From a bacterium (GTDB lineage Bacteria; CALINM01): DNA of 35,070 nt. Below are positions 8,413-17,756 of the stretch, one piece after another (position 1 is the stretch's first letter; each line of letters opens with the position of its first letter). Under the pieces are notes generated by a model. The model saw nothing but the letters and a program-made list of their open reading frames with translations. It did no database searches and had not been told where the DNA came from. The stretch spans positions 1 to 35,070 of the forward strand of contig JBEQAF010000013.1 in NCBI GenBank assembly GCA_041640455.1, given 5' to 3'. A program made the translations under genes and the position numbers.

Positions 8413-10024
8413 ATACCTTTTTTACCTCAAAAAAAGCTGCACCTGAAGATAGAAGTATTGCCGCTTCTTCATAAAGATCCTTAATTTTTTTAATCTTTTT
8501 TATGGTATCCTCGGGTGGCGAAAAGGCATCTTTTGTAAAGCTATTCTGTGCAAGAAATTTAAACTTTATAAGCTCCGCAAAGTCCATTGTTAGCCTATCT
8601 TTATCCTGAAGGTTTTCATAGCCAACCACTTCAATTATTTCTCTTAGCTTATCCTCTTCCCTCAGGATCTGGAATACAAAATTTTTAAGCATAAAATAGT
8701 CTTCACCAAAATATTTTTTTAATCCCCATGCAAGCTCATTTTCATAAAGTGAGTAACTTAGCATATAGTTAATGGCAGGAAAAAATCTTTTCTGTGCCAG
8801 CTCCTTGTCAAGAAAAATGAATGCTCCAGCAACTCTAAGGGCGCTCTGGGTAACAGGCTCTGTAAGGTCTCCGCCTGGAGGTGAGACCGAGATAAGCAAT
8901 GTTATTGAACCAACACTGCCGTTTAAGGTCTCTACCACACCTGCCCTTTCAAAAAAAGAGGCAATTCGGGAGTTTAGATAAGTAGGATAACCCTCATCGC
9001 CTGGCATCTCCTCAAGCGAAGAGGATATCTCCCTCAAAGCCTCTGCCCATCTGGATATGCTGTCGGCAATAAGAAGCACATTAAGTCCACAGTCACGGTA
9101 GTATTCGGCAAGTGTTATGGCTGTATAAATGGAACCTTCACGGGCTGCTACAGGCATGTTTGAAGTATTTACTATCATGATGGTTCTTTCCAGAAGAGGC
9201 TTTCCAGTCCATGGGTCAGTAAGTTTTTCAAAATCCTCAATTAGCTCTGCCATTTCGTTACCTCTTTCACCGCATCCCACATAGATGACCAGATCAACTC
9301 TTGCAAACTTTGCTATGGTCTGTTGAAGCACTGTTTTTCCGGTTCCAAATCCGCCGGGAAATATTACAGTCCCACCGAGGGGGATGGGGAAAAGAAAATC
9401 TATTATTCTCTGACCTGTTATTATTGGTTCATGAGGGACTATTTTTCGTTTAAAAGGTCTCGGGAGTTTAATATTCCAGTCAATGTAAGGGAATATCTCT
9501 TCCCCTTCTTCAGTATAGGCAAGTGGTTCATCAAAAGATATTTTTGATTTTATTCTCTCCAATCTACCTGATTTATCAGAAAAGACATATATTTTAAACC
9601 CCTTTTCTTCTGTAAACCCGATGGCTTCTCCTGCTTGCACGAGATCACCTGATTTTTTTAGAGGTTGAAAATATATCTCTTTCTCCTGAGGCTCAAACTC
9701 TATCAAGCTCTTTACAGGTTTTATAAAATCACCGCACTCTTTTTTGAAATAATTAAGAGGTCTTTGAAGACCATCAGTTATACTGGAAATAACACCGTGC
9801 CCCAACTTTATGGAGATAGGTTTGTCAAAAAAGATGATCTCCTCAGATACGCCCAGTCCTCTCGGATCTTCATATATCATGATCACTGAGCGGTCGCTAC
9901 TTACTCGCAGTACCTCTCCTGACAGATTGGCAGAGCCTGCTAAAACTCGGTCTCCAATCTTAACATCCCGCTGAGAGGATACTATAATGTGACCCCATAT
10001 ACCTTCGATAATCCCTTTTTTCAT
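8399..10024 (-). CDS. ntpA: A/V-type ATP synthase subunit A (catalytic)
   Basis: Walker A GGFGTGKT, GCGERGNEM, NTSNMPVAARE, DSISRWAEALREIS, SPPGGD. Confidence 0.96.
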   Translation of the reverse strand: MKKGIIEGIWGHIIVSSQRDVKIGDRVLAGSANLSGEVLRVSSDRSVIMIYEDPRGLGVSEEIIFFDKPISIKLGHGVISSITDGLQRPLNYFKKECGDFIKPVKSLIEFEPQEKEIYFQPLKKSGDLVQAGEAIGFTEEKGFKIYVFSDKSGRLERIKSKISFDEPLAYTEEGEEIFPYIDWNIKLPRPFKRKIVPHEPIITGQRIIDFLFPIPLGGTVIFPGGFGTGKTVLQQTIAKFARVDLVIYVGCGERGNEMAELIEDFEKLTDPWTGKPLLERTIMIVNTSNMPVAAREGSIYTAITLAEYYRDCGLNVLLIADSISRWAEALREISSSLEEMPGDEGYPTYLNSRIASFFERAGVVETLNGSVGSITLLISVSPPGGDLTEPVTQSALRVAGAFIFLDKELAQKRFFPAINYMLSYSLYENELAWGLKKYFGEDYFMLKNFVFQILREEDKLREIIEVVGYENLQDKDRLTMDFAELIKFKFLAQNSFTKDAFSPPEDTIKKIKKIKDLYEEAAILLSSGAAFFEVKKVYESF

Positions 10025-10338
10025 ACAATCTTTATCTGGTAACCCAGAGCCCTGTTTATAAGCTTTAATAGATAGCTTTCTTCAGATATTAAAGTTGGAG
10101 AAGGGATTTTTGCCACCACACCGTTCCATCTTCTCTCCAGAAAATGCTTGTATTTCTCATCAAGCTGATCAAAAAGCGTCTCTTCAAAAAAAATTACACC
10201 GATAGTTTCATCCTTGGTTAGTTCGTCAATTATCTTTTGCGCATTCAATGGGTCGCCCGCAACCATCTGCTTAAAGCCTGCAAGGGAAAAAAGATGCCCT
10301 AATTTTTCAGAGCACAAAAAGACCAGCTGTTTATTCAT
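10021..10338 (-). CDS. ntpF: A/V-type ATP synthase subunit F
   Basis: 105 aa, FSLAG near N-terminus, IP, RALG at C-terminus; immediately upstream of subunit A. Confidence 0.85.
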   Translation of the reverse strand: MNKQLVFLCSEKLGHLFSLAGFKQMVAGDPLNAQKIIDELTKDETIGVIFFEETLFDQLDEKYKHFLERRWNGVVAKIPSPTLISEESYLLKLINRALGYQIKIV

Positions 10339-11192
10339 AAAAGCTCCCTTTCAACAGTATCTCTTTCATATTCAAGAGTATTGATAAGTATGTTAAGGTT
10401 AATATTTTCAAGATACAAAAGCAGGATGTAATGGAGAAAATAATAGATTTCAGAGCCTTTCCCTTTGTGAGCCCAATGGGTTATCTGCTTCCTTAGATAT
10501 GAAAGGGGCTTAAAGCCCTTGTTTTTATTAATCATTTCAATAATCCGCTTCTCTGTCAGAGAACCTCCATTTATGAAAACAATATTTTCATTGCTATCCC
10601 ATCTAATTTTCTTGAAGATGGCATTAATGTTATAAAGGTCAATAAAAATACCAATAAATTCTTTTACTTCGGCAGTATTTTTTTTATCTTTCAAAAGCCC
10701 TTCAAGATAGAATCTGGTAAAGTTTTTTTCAAACTCCCTTAACCCGTGCTTTGTGAATATTTCTGGTAGTTCGGAAAAATCTTTATTAAAATCAGACAGA
10801 TAATCACAAAGGGCTGAGAGTTTTTCTCCAAAAGACTGCTTCTTAATAAGGTTTTCTCCTATTTGAGCAGAGAAAAAAGAACCCATGTAAATCTTTTTTA
10901 GCTCAGAAATATTTTCGTAAAGGGCATATCTTATCATATTAACCAGGCTACTTAGCTCAAAGACAAGAAATACATTTTTAAACATTCTTCTATAGCTTTC
11001 ACTGAGCTTAAAAAAACAGAAACCAAGTTCCTTTCGGAAGGTAAGGTTGTAACTTGTTATGTCAAAATAGGGAATCATCTCAGGCTGTCTTCTGAAAAAG
11101 ATAAGATTTTCAATAAGTGTTCTCCGCCTAACCCCAATGCGGGCAAGCAGAAACTCAAAGGGATATCCAGTTATCCAGACCTGTTTAATCAT
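10335..11192 (-). CDS. ntpC: A/V-type ATP synthase subunit C (d), divergent
   Basis: Position between E and F; GYP..FLLARI N-terminus, IDLYNI, FINGGSL; start could also be 11210. Confidence 0.65.
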   Translation of the reverse strand: MIKQVWITGYPFEFLLARIGVRRRTLIENLIFFRRQPEMIPYFDITSYNLTFRKELGFCFFKLSESYRRMFKNVFLVFELSSLVNMIRYALYENISELKKIYMGSFFSAQIGENLIKKQSFGEKLSALCDYLSDFNKDFSELPEIFTKHGLREFEKNFTRFYLEGLLKDKKNTAEVKEFIGIFIDLYNINAIFKKIRWDSNENIVFINGGSLTEKRIIEMINKNKGFKPLSYLRKQITHWAHKGKGSEIYYFLHYILLLYLENINLNILINTLEYERDTVERELL

Positions 11193-11766
11193 CCTTATCT
11201 TCCAGAACATCTAAGATATCTGAAAATATTTCCTGCTCAACATCATCCTTTATTCTTTCCGCTCGTTTTTCAAAGCTATTAGATAAAAAAACCCTTTTAT
11301 CCTCTGAGACGAGCTCAAATCCTCCTGATATATGCTCCTCCTCAACGATAATAGCTTCAGGAAAAAAAGACAGGGCAAGCTCTCTATCCTCAGGGTTTAC
11401 TTTTACATATTTCCAGTTAAGATGGGGTGTTTCTTTAACAAGATTGTGAAATACCCGTTCATAGGATTGGTCTCTGAGAGATTTTAATACCTCTCGGAGA
11501 TTTTTATCAATAAGTTCTCTTACCTTACGCTGTAGCATTAATCTTTTCTGATTAATTCTAAAAATATGAAGATAATCATACTCCTTTTTCAGCTCCTCGA
11601 GCATGAGACGTTCTTTTTCATCAAAGGAAGCCTTGAGCGCTGCCGCCTTTTTTTTATAAGCCTCCATAATCTCTTTTTTTCTTGCTTCTGTCTCTTCTTT
11701 CAGGGCGGAAAGCTCTTTTTCAAAGCTTTCCTTCAAATAAGACAGGATCTTATTTTGGGACTTCAT
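11185..11766 (-). CDS. ntpE: A/V-type ATP synthase subunit E
   Basis: N-terminal coiled coil, VNPED, ISGGFEL, NSFEKR. Confidence 0.88.
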   Translation of the reverse strand: MKSQNKILSYLKESFEKELSALKEETEARKKEIMEAYKKKAAALKASFDEKERLMLEELKKEYDYLHIFRINQKRLMLQRKVRELIDKNLREVLKSLRDQSYERVFHNLVKETPHLNWKYVKVNPEDRELALSFFPEAIIVEEEHISGGFELVSEDKRVFLSNSFEKRAERIKDDVEQEIFSDILDVLEDKDD

Positions 11767-11984
11767 TTTATCTGGAAAAGTATCATAGCAGCAATTACGA
11801 AGCCAAGTATTATAATCGTTTCTGGAATAGCAATAAGTATTATTATAGTCCCGCTGAGCTCAGGCTTTTCAGCAATGGTTCCGCATCCTGCTGAGCCGAT
11901 CTTTGACTGAGCCCATGCTGTAGCCAGCCCACATAATCCTACTGCCAGTGCCGCTGCAAAGGCTAAAAGAACTTTTGTTTCCAT
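11763..11984 (-). CDS. ntpK: A/V-type ATP synthase proteolipid subunit K (single hairpin)
   Basis: Two TM helices, AWAQSKIG...IAEKPE...IAIPET with the essential Glu; SD AAGGAGG 5 nt before ATG 11984. Confidence 0.93.
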   Translation of the reverse strand: METKVLLAFAAALAVGLCGLATAWAQSKIGSAGCGTIAEKPELSGTIIILIAIPETIIILGFVIAAMILFQIK

Positions 11985-11995
11985 CATTACCTCCT

Positions 11996-13852
11996 TCATA
12001 ACGGGTTAAATTTTCTACCACCAAATTTCATAAACTTTGAAAAGAACTCCACATAGTGAAGTCTTAAGGAATGGATGGAAGGTGAAAAAATTGATAATAC
12101 TATATTAGTTAAATGAAATAAAAGGGCGATAAAAACTCCGAGAAATATATTTCCTGTAATATCAAGGAAGCTGTTTGCCACATTGGCGAGAATGATGGAA
12201 GAAAGCCCTATTGCCATTATTCTACCGTAGGATACAATATTGCCGAGAGATTTTATCAGTTCCAGCGGGAAGATAATGCCGAAAGTAATAAAAGAGAATA
12301 CAAAAACTAATGCCAAAAGAAATATTAAAAACTGAGCGGTTTTTCCTGCTCCTTCAGTAAAAAAAAGATACAGGATACTGAAAAGTAAAAATATGTTTAA
12401 CATTATGGAAAGGGATATTAATCTTTCCTTTTTTTCAGCGGGTTTTAACACATTTAGTATCAGACCGATAAATATGTGCACAATACCGATTATAATTGAT
12501 ATTATGAAAAGCTGAAGGATAGAGTGCTCCCGATCTACTATTTTTATCAGATTCCATCCAATCCTTTTCCCCAGATCTCCGAAAAACTCACCATAGATGA
12601 TCCCGAAAATGAGGGCAGAGGTGCCAGCGTATCCCAGCACCTTTGAGATACTGACAGCAAAATCTCTGTCTTTAAAAGCCTGCCGAATAATTAATGATAA
12701 GATTATTATTATAAGCCCATAACCTAAGTCTCCTACTATTATGCCAAAGAATAGTGGAAAAAAAATGCCCAGAAAGGGGGTAGGATCATAAGATTTATAG
12801 GCAGGAATGGGTAGTATTCTTGTCAGTACTTCAAAGGGCTTAAGATAATCAGGATTTACTATGATTACAGGCATCCTTTCCTTATCTTCTTCAAGTATGG
12901 TCTGCTCTTCGAGAATAACATATCCGTCAAATCTGGCTCTTAATTTTTCTGAAAGTTCTAAAAGCCTGTCCTTCTGAATCCAGCCAAAAAGAGAAAATAT
13001 TTTATCCGTTTTGTAAACATATATAAGGTCTTTAAGCTTTGATAATTTTTCATCAAGTATTTCAAGAGCCCTGAGATAGTAACCCTTTTTGTTTTTCACC
13101 AGATCTGAAATAGCATTTTTTATCTTTGCCTCTTCCTGAGTTAAAACTGCTATTTTTTCATTTACCATATGGACTTTTTCAGAAAGGGGAAGGGCAGCTA
13201 AAGCAGGCGGTGTGGCAAGCTCTGGAATGTTCAACTCTTTCAGCTCTTTTTTTAGATTTATATCCACATCTTTTGAAGAAAAAATAATTGCCACTATCTC
13301 TCCACTTTCAAGCTTTTTTGTAATCAGTCTATAAATGCCTCCTGTTTTATCTTCAAGAATCTGATGAAGCTTTCTGGTAGCCTCTTCACTTTTTAAAACC
13401 AATCCTATTATCTCTAAGAGGTGAGGCTCCTTTTCACCACCTACTATCTCCTCTGTCAGGGAATAAAAAAGAGCATAAAGTTTAAAATCCTTAAGCTTTG
13501 TCTGATTCTCTTCTAAGTGTTTTTTTAGCTCTTTTAAATTTTTCAGATCTCCATCTATCTCCAGAGGAAGATTTTTTATATCAACCAGATAATCTGGTTT
13601 TTCTGAAAAATTAAAGTTCCCAGCAAGGCTAATAAACTCTTCTATCTTTTTTTTTAAGGACTCGAGATAGATCCGTTCTTTTACTGCCTCTTCAGATATA
13701 CTGCAGTTTCTTAAATGCTCCTTAGCTTCGCTACAAAAGCTTTCTATCTCCTTTTCGGGATGTATTACCTTTTCATTTTTTAAAAAACTGATAGTATCGT
13801 AAAGAAGATCTGCAGGACCCACTATCTGAACCTTTGAAAGAGGCTTTATCAT
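11996..13852 (-). CDS. ntpI: A/V-type ATP synthase subunit I (a)
   Basis: DPTPFL..FFPLFFG..GD.GYG, GEFFG, SYGRIMA (essential Arg), LRLHYVEFFSKF. Confidence 0.95.
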   Translation of the reverse strand: MIKPLSKVQIVGPADLLYDTISFLKNEKVIHPEKEIESFCSEAKEHLRNCSISEEAVKERIYLESLKKKIEEFISLAGNFNFSEKPDYLVDIKNLPLEIDGDLKNLKELKKHLEENQTKLKDFKLYALFYSLTEEIVGGEKEPHLLEIIGLVLKSEEATRKLHQILEDKTGGIYRLITKKLESGEIVAIIFSSKDVDINLKKELKELNIPELATPPALAALPLSEKVHMVNEKIAVLTQEEAKIKNAISDLVKNKKGYYLRALEILDEKLSKLKDLIYVYKTDKIFSLFGWIQKDRLLELSEKLRARFDGYVILEEQTILEEDKERMPVIIVNPDYLKPFEVLTRILPIPAYKSYDPTPFLGIFFPLFFGIIVGDLGYGLIIIILSLIIRQAFKDRDFAVSISKVLGYAGTSALIFGIIYGEFFGDLGKRIGWNLIKIVDREHSILQLFIISIIIGIVHIFIGLILNVLKPAEKKERLISLSIMLNIFLLFSILYLFFTEGAGKTAQFLIFLLALVFVFSFITFGIIFPLELIKSLGNIVSYGRIMAIGLSSIILANVANSFLDITGNIFLGVFIALLFHLTNIVLSIFSPSIHSLRLHYVEFFSKFMKFGGRKFNPL

Positions 13853-14163
13853 AGGGGTAGTATCCTGTAAAAATGTTTTTCCAGTATTTTTTTTATAACC
13901 GAGTGATCAATAAATTCTATTTTTTCAATCAGCCTGTCAAAGTATGAGACCTCCCTCTCAAGGTTCTTTTCGAAATCCTGAATCTGGCTCTGACGGGTCT
14001 CTGATAAATGTTTTTCAAGGAAATCCTGAATTTTCTTAAATTTTTCCTCCTCTTCAGCTTTTAGCTTTTCAATCTCCTCTTCAGCACTTTTTCGCTCCTC
14101 CTCAAGTAGCTTTTTGTAGGTTCGTTCTGCCTCTATGATTTTTAAAAGAATCTGGTCTGTCAT
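13849..14163 (-). CDS. A/V-type ATP synthase peripheral stalk subunit G/H
   Basis: 104 aa charged coiled coil, ILLKIIEAE start; first gene of the operon, 4-nt overlap with subunit I. Confidence 0.7.
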   Translation of the reverse strand: MTDQILLKIIEAERTYKKLLEEERKSAEEEIEKLKAEEEEKFKKIQDFLEKHLSETRQSQIQDFEKNLEREVSYFDRLIEKIEFIDHSVIKKILEKHFYRILPL

Positions 14164-14177
14164 AACTCTTAATTAAA

Positions 14178-14205
14178 ATTTTAACAGCCCCTCAATTTAT
14201 GTCAA
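14178..14205 (-). promoter_or_regulatory. Putative sigma70 promoter of the ATPase operon
   Basis: Minus strand TTGACA (14205-14200), 16 nt, TAAAAT (14183-14178) preceded by TGn. Confidence 0.65.
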
Positions 14206-14297
14206 ATCTGTCAGCATCTAACACTTTTATATTATTCCTGGCTTTGTTTGTCCTGTTTATTCTTTCAAAAAAGGTAGAGGATGCTTATAATATAACT

Positions 14298-14492
14298 ATG
14301 ATTTACAAAGTTGTTGAGTTATCTGTTGTCACCGATGAGGATATAGAAAGGGCTCTGAATCAATGGACTGAGAAAGGATATCTTTTTGAAAGTATTCATT
14401 TTGTTACCAATCAGGCATCAAGAAGACCTGCTATGGCTTTTATATTCTTTATAAAAAAAGATGAAAACACTGGTATTGCAGAGACTGCATAA
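14298..14492 (+). CDS. DUF4177-like small protein
   Basis: MIYKVVEL...IERALNQW..KGY..ESI...AFIFF; start moved to ATG 14298, with TATAAT at 14286-14291. Confidence 0.7.
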   Translation: MIYKVVELSVVTDEDIERALNQWTEKGYLFESIHFVTNQASRRPAMAFIFFIKKDENTGIAETA

Positions 14493-15336
14493 AAATTTTA
14501 AAAATTCAGGTAAACTAATAAATGCCCTGTCAGATGTATCCTTAGAGTTTGATTCTTCTAAAGTTTATGGCATTATAGGTCCCAACGGAGCAGGGAAGAC
14601 CACTCTTATTAAAACAGTCTGCGGCTTAATTTATCCTGATGAAGGTAATGTATTTATAAATGGCGAGTCTCTTTATCCAGAGAATTTCAGGCTCTTATCT
14701 CAGATTGGAGCTATCCTGGAGGGGTCAAGAAATATCTTCTGGAACTTTACACCTATTCAGAATGTGAAATATTTTGCCATGCTTAAAGGTGTAAATCTAA
14801 AAACAGCTATAGATAGAGCTGTGCAGTTGTTCAGACTTTTTGGATTAGAAGATAAAATAAATAGTCCCGTAAGAAATCTCTCTCAGGGGATGAAACAGAA
14901 AATAGCTATTATCATATCAACCCTTCATAATCCGACAGTGCTGCTTTTAGATGAGCCCACTCTCGGGCTTGACCCCGTATCAAGTCAGAATATGCAGAAA
15001 CTAATAAAAGAGCTATCATACAATGATGGCAAAACGGTAATTCTTACATCACATCATCTTGATATAATTGAAAAAAATTGTGATTATCTGGTTTTTATGA
15101 AAGGCGGGAAAATACTTTCTTTCGATACCATAGATAATATTAAAAGCAGATTTTCAGAGAAGACCTATATAATTACCCTTAAGGATGGTAATGATATAAA
15201 AAAGATAGAAAAAAAGATCCCCAAAGATGGTTTTGGCTCTTTTATGCAAACAATAAATACTCTAAAAGTTATTGACATCGAAACAAGAGAAGCAACTCTG
15301 GAAGAGATCTTTATTGAGCGGGGGAGCTATTCCTGA
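14461..15336 (+). CDS. ABC-2 type exporter ATP-binding protein
   Basis: GPNGAGKTT, LSQGMKQK, LLLDEPTLGLD, TSHH, TLEEIF. Confidence 0.93.
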   Translation: MKTLVLQRLHKNFKNSGKLINALSDVSLEFDSSKVYGIIGPNGAGKTTLIKTVCGLIYPDEGNVFINGESLYPENFRLLSQIGAILEGSRNIFWNFTPIQNVKYFAMLKGVNLKTAIDRAVQLFRLFGLEDKINSPVRNLSQGMKQKIAIIISTLHNPTVLLLDEPTLGLDPVSSQNMQKLIKELSYNDGKTVILTSHHLDIIEKNCDYLVFMKGGKILSFDTIDNIKSRFSEKTYIITLKDGNDIKKIEKKIPKDGFGSFMQTINTLKVIDIETREATLEEIFIERGSYS

Positions 15337-15352
15337 TGGCTGGTGGTGGGCA

Positions 15353-16147
15353 ATGATGGGCATAATAATGGCGGAAAGTTACAGAGAGTTTGTGTATTTC
15401 AAAAGATATATCTTTGAGCGGATCTCCTCAGTCATAATGTTAGTTTTTATTTTTCTCGGTTTTATATACTCTTCAGCCACATTCTCAAATGGTGAGGTAA
15501 TCATAGACAAGCTAACCGTCTCCCAGAAGCTTATTGGTTTTACTATCTGGTTTTTTGCCCTTGATGCGGTTGGGCATTTAGGCTCAGCATTAAGGGAAGA
15601 CCTGCACATAGGTATTTTAGAGCAGATAGCTTTAACCCCCTACTCGCTAATCTACAACATGCTTGGTAGAAGCGTGGCAAGATTTATAATTACCTTTTGG
15701 AATGGAGTTATTATACTTATCATATTCAATCTTATTTTTGAGCTTAATATATCGATTCCTCTAAATGTTCTGCCTATTCTGATTTTGACCTATCTTGGGC
15801 TTTATGGGTTGGGGCTTTTTTTTGCGGGACTTACTCTGATTTTTAAAAGGCTGGGTCCCATTACAACAATAACGAGATTTTTATTGCTTATCTTTACTGG
15901 CGCCATTATTCCCTTAAACTATTTCCCTGAAATTATACAGCAGGCATCTGTTTTACTGCCCATGACGGAGGGGCTTAAGATAATAAGGGAGCTTATTCTT
16001 AATAAAGTAGATTTTTATCATATTCTGTTCAGTGCTCCTATGTTCTATCTCATGATTAATAGCATGCTGTATTTCTTAATAGGGATTTTTACCTTTCTGT
16101 ATCTCGAAAAAAGGGCGAGAAGGCTGGGCACACTTGGTAGCTATTAG
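15353..16147 (+). CDS. ABC-2 type exporter permease
   Basis: About 6 TM helices, G.LEQ, TG..IP...FP, LPMT, ARRLGTLGSY; first in-frame ATGs at 15353/15356. Confidence 0.88.
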   Translation: MMGIIMAESYREFVYFKRYIFERISSVIMLVFIFLGFIYSSATFSNGEVIIDKLTVSQKLIGFTIWFFALDAVGHLGSALREDLHIGILEQIALTPYSLIYNMLGRSVARFIITFWNGVIILIIFNLIFELNISIPLNVLPILILTYLGLYGLGLFFAGLTLIFKRLGPITTITRFLLLIFTGAIIPLNYFPEIIQQASVLLPMTEGLKIIRELILNKVDFYHILFSAPMFYLMINSMLYFLIGIFTFLYLEKRARRLGTLGSY

Positions 16148-16866
16148 TTTGAAAATCTGCAAAAATTGAAATGCCCATCTTCCAGCAGAAGGTAGCTTCT
16201 TTCAATCTGCCAGCTACCGAGAAGATAAAGTGTGAAATTTTTTCCTTCCATGTTTCGCTTAATAACAGCTTCTTTATGAAAGTGTCCCAAAACTGCACCG
16301 CCATACCCTGATAATATTGCTTTATCAATAAAGCCATTTAACATATGGGGGTCAAAATCTTCTCTTAATCTTTCTCTGCTAAATCTTGAGACAAAATGAG
16401 CAAAGTGATAGACCAGATGGGGTGGCAGTAGATAGGAAAAAAGGTTTGTAACGGGGTTTTTAATTACAAAGGTCATAATACGATGGGCATAGTCTTTATC
16501 ATAAAGCAGATCTCCATGGGAGATGAGATATTTGCCATTCAGCATAAGGTCTAAATGACCTGGAATAAAGTTGATTTTCGAGCCGTAGCGGTTTAGTTTT
16601 TTCAGAAAAAAATCATGATTCCCCTCAAGGTAAAAAATAGCTATCCCTTTATTTTCCAATTCCTTTAAAAGCCCCACAATCTCTAAATGCTCGTAAAAGA
16701 TAATATGAGGGAACCCTACAAAAAAATCAAAAAAATCACCCAGTATAAAGAGGGCGTTTAGATTTTGATCTTCCGTCAATTTTTTAAGAAATATAACAGC
16801 ATCTCTATATTCCGAGCTATCTGGAGATTTAAGATGGGCATCTGCAATAAATATTGCTTTTCTCAT
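16144..16866 (-). CDS. lpxH: UDP-2,3-diacylglucosamine diphosphatase
   Basis: FIADAHL, LGDFFD, EGNHDF, SHGD, GHFH, LGSW metallophosphoesterase motifs. Confidence 0.85.
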   Translation of the reverse strand: MRKAIFIADAHLKSPDSSEYRDAVIFLKKLTEDQNLNALFILGDFFDFFVGFPHIIFYEHLEIVGLLKELENKGIAIFYLEGNHDFFLKKLNRYGSKINFIPGHLDLMLNGKYLISHGDLLYDKDYAHRIMTFVIKNPVTNLFSYLLPPHLVYHFAHFVSRFSRERLREDFDPHMLNGFIDKAILSGYGGAVLGHFHKEAVIKRNMEGKNFTLYLLGSWQIERSYLLLEDGHFNFCRFSN

Positions 16867-16930
16867 ATTAAGTTGTATAATATACTAAAAATGCGAATAA
16901 ATTGGAACGTTTTTTGCAATTATCAACATT

Positions 16931-17404
16931 ATGATAAATAACTATTCAAGATTAAAATTCTTTAAAGGTTTTTCGCAGGATGAGGTCTCCACGGTTGTAA
17001 GACAGATGATACCTGTATCCTATGGGGCAGGGGAGACTATTATCAAAGAGGATGAGGTATCCAAGGTGCTGATGCTGCTAACCTCCGGTCAGGCAAAGGT
17101 GGTAAAAGCTATTGATGATAAGAATTTTAAAATACTAGCCATACTGGGTGAAGGAGAGGTAGTAGGGGAGATGAGCTTTTTTGATGAGGCTCCTCATAAT
17201 GCCTCTGTTGTTGCCCATACGCCTGTTACAGTGCTGGCTCTAAGTAAGAAGGATTTTGAAACCATTCTTGAAAAGAGCACAAAAACAGCTATAAAAATGC
17301 TTATAAGGATAATTCAGACCTGCAGTCAGAGAATAAGAACCCTCAATCAAGAGGTAAAAGAGCTGGGGCACTGGTGTATATCGCTGAGAGATTCAAGAAA
17401 ATAG
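16931..17404 (+). CDS. Stand-alone cyclic nucleotide-binding domain protein
   Basis: GETIIKE, GEVVGEMSFFDEAPHNASVVA, C-terminal helix; no HTH. Confidence 0.88.
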   Translation: MINNYSRLKFFKGFSQDEVSTVVRQMIPVSYGAGETIIKEDEVSKVLMLLTSGQAKVVKAIDDKNFKILAILGEGEVVGEMSFFDEAPHNASVVAHTPVTVLALSKKDFETILEKSTKTAIKMLIRIIQTCSQRIRTLNQEVKELGHWCISLRDSRK

Positions 17405-17413
17405 AGTTTTAAT

Positions 17414-17683
17414 CTACATATTTATCTTGTAAGTAGTCTCCACAATGTTTTCTTCAATGCTTGTTCTTATTGACGCTATGATAAGATCCATATGCTTTGA
17501 GCTGATCTTTCCGTTGTCGTTAATGTTCACATCATAGCTCATACCGTAATGAGACTGTCTGGCTTCCCATAGATATATGTTTCCCTCATAGTTAATATTT
17601 CCTTTTTCACAGATAATATCTCCCTCTTTGTACTTAGATTCCATTGTAACTTTAATGGTTTTGGTATTCTCTCCCAGCGGCAT
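17414..17683 (-). CDS. Hypothetical protein (89 aa)
   Basis: SD AAGGAG 6 nt before ATG 17683; fills the gap between genes; upstream TTGAAA-17-TAAATT. Confidence 0.6.
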   Translation of the reverse strand: MPLGENTKTIKVTMESKYKEGDIICEKGNINYEGNIYLWEARQSHYGMSYDVNINDNGKISSKHMDLIIASIRTSIEENIVETTYKINM

Positions 17684-17756
17684 AGGCAACTCCTTTTTTT
17701 ATTTTAAATTTAATCATAAAAAAAAGATTTTTCAAGTGAGCCTGAAGATTCAGATT

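Noticed and set aside
11763..11984. Q...ET residues in subunit K as proof of Na+ coupling
   Set aside because: As I recall, the H+-coupled Thermus proteolipid has the same AQ...PET pattern, so ion specificity cannot be called
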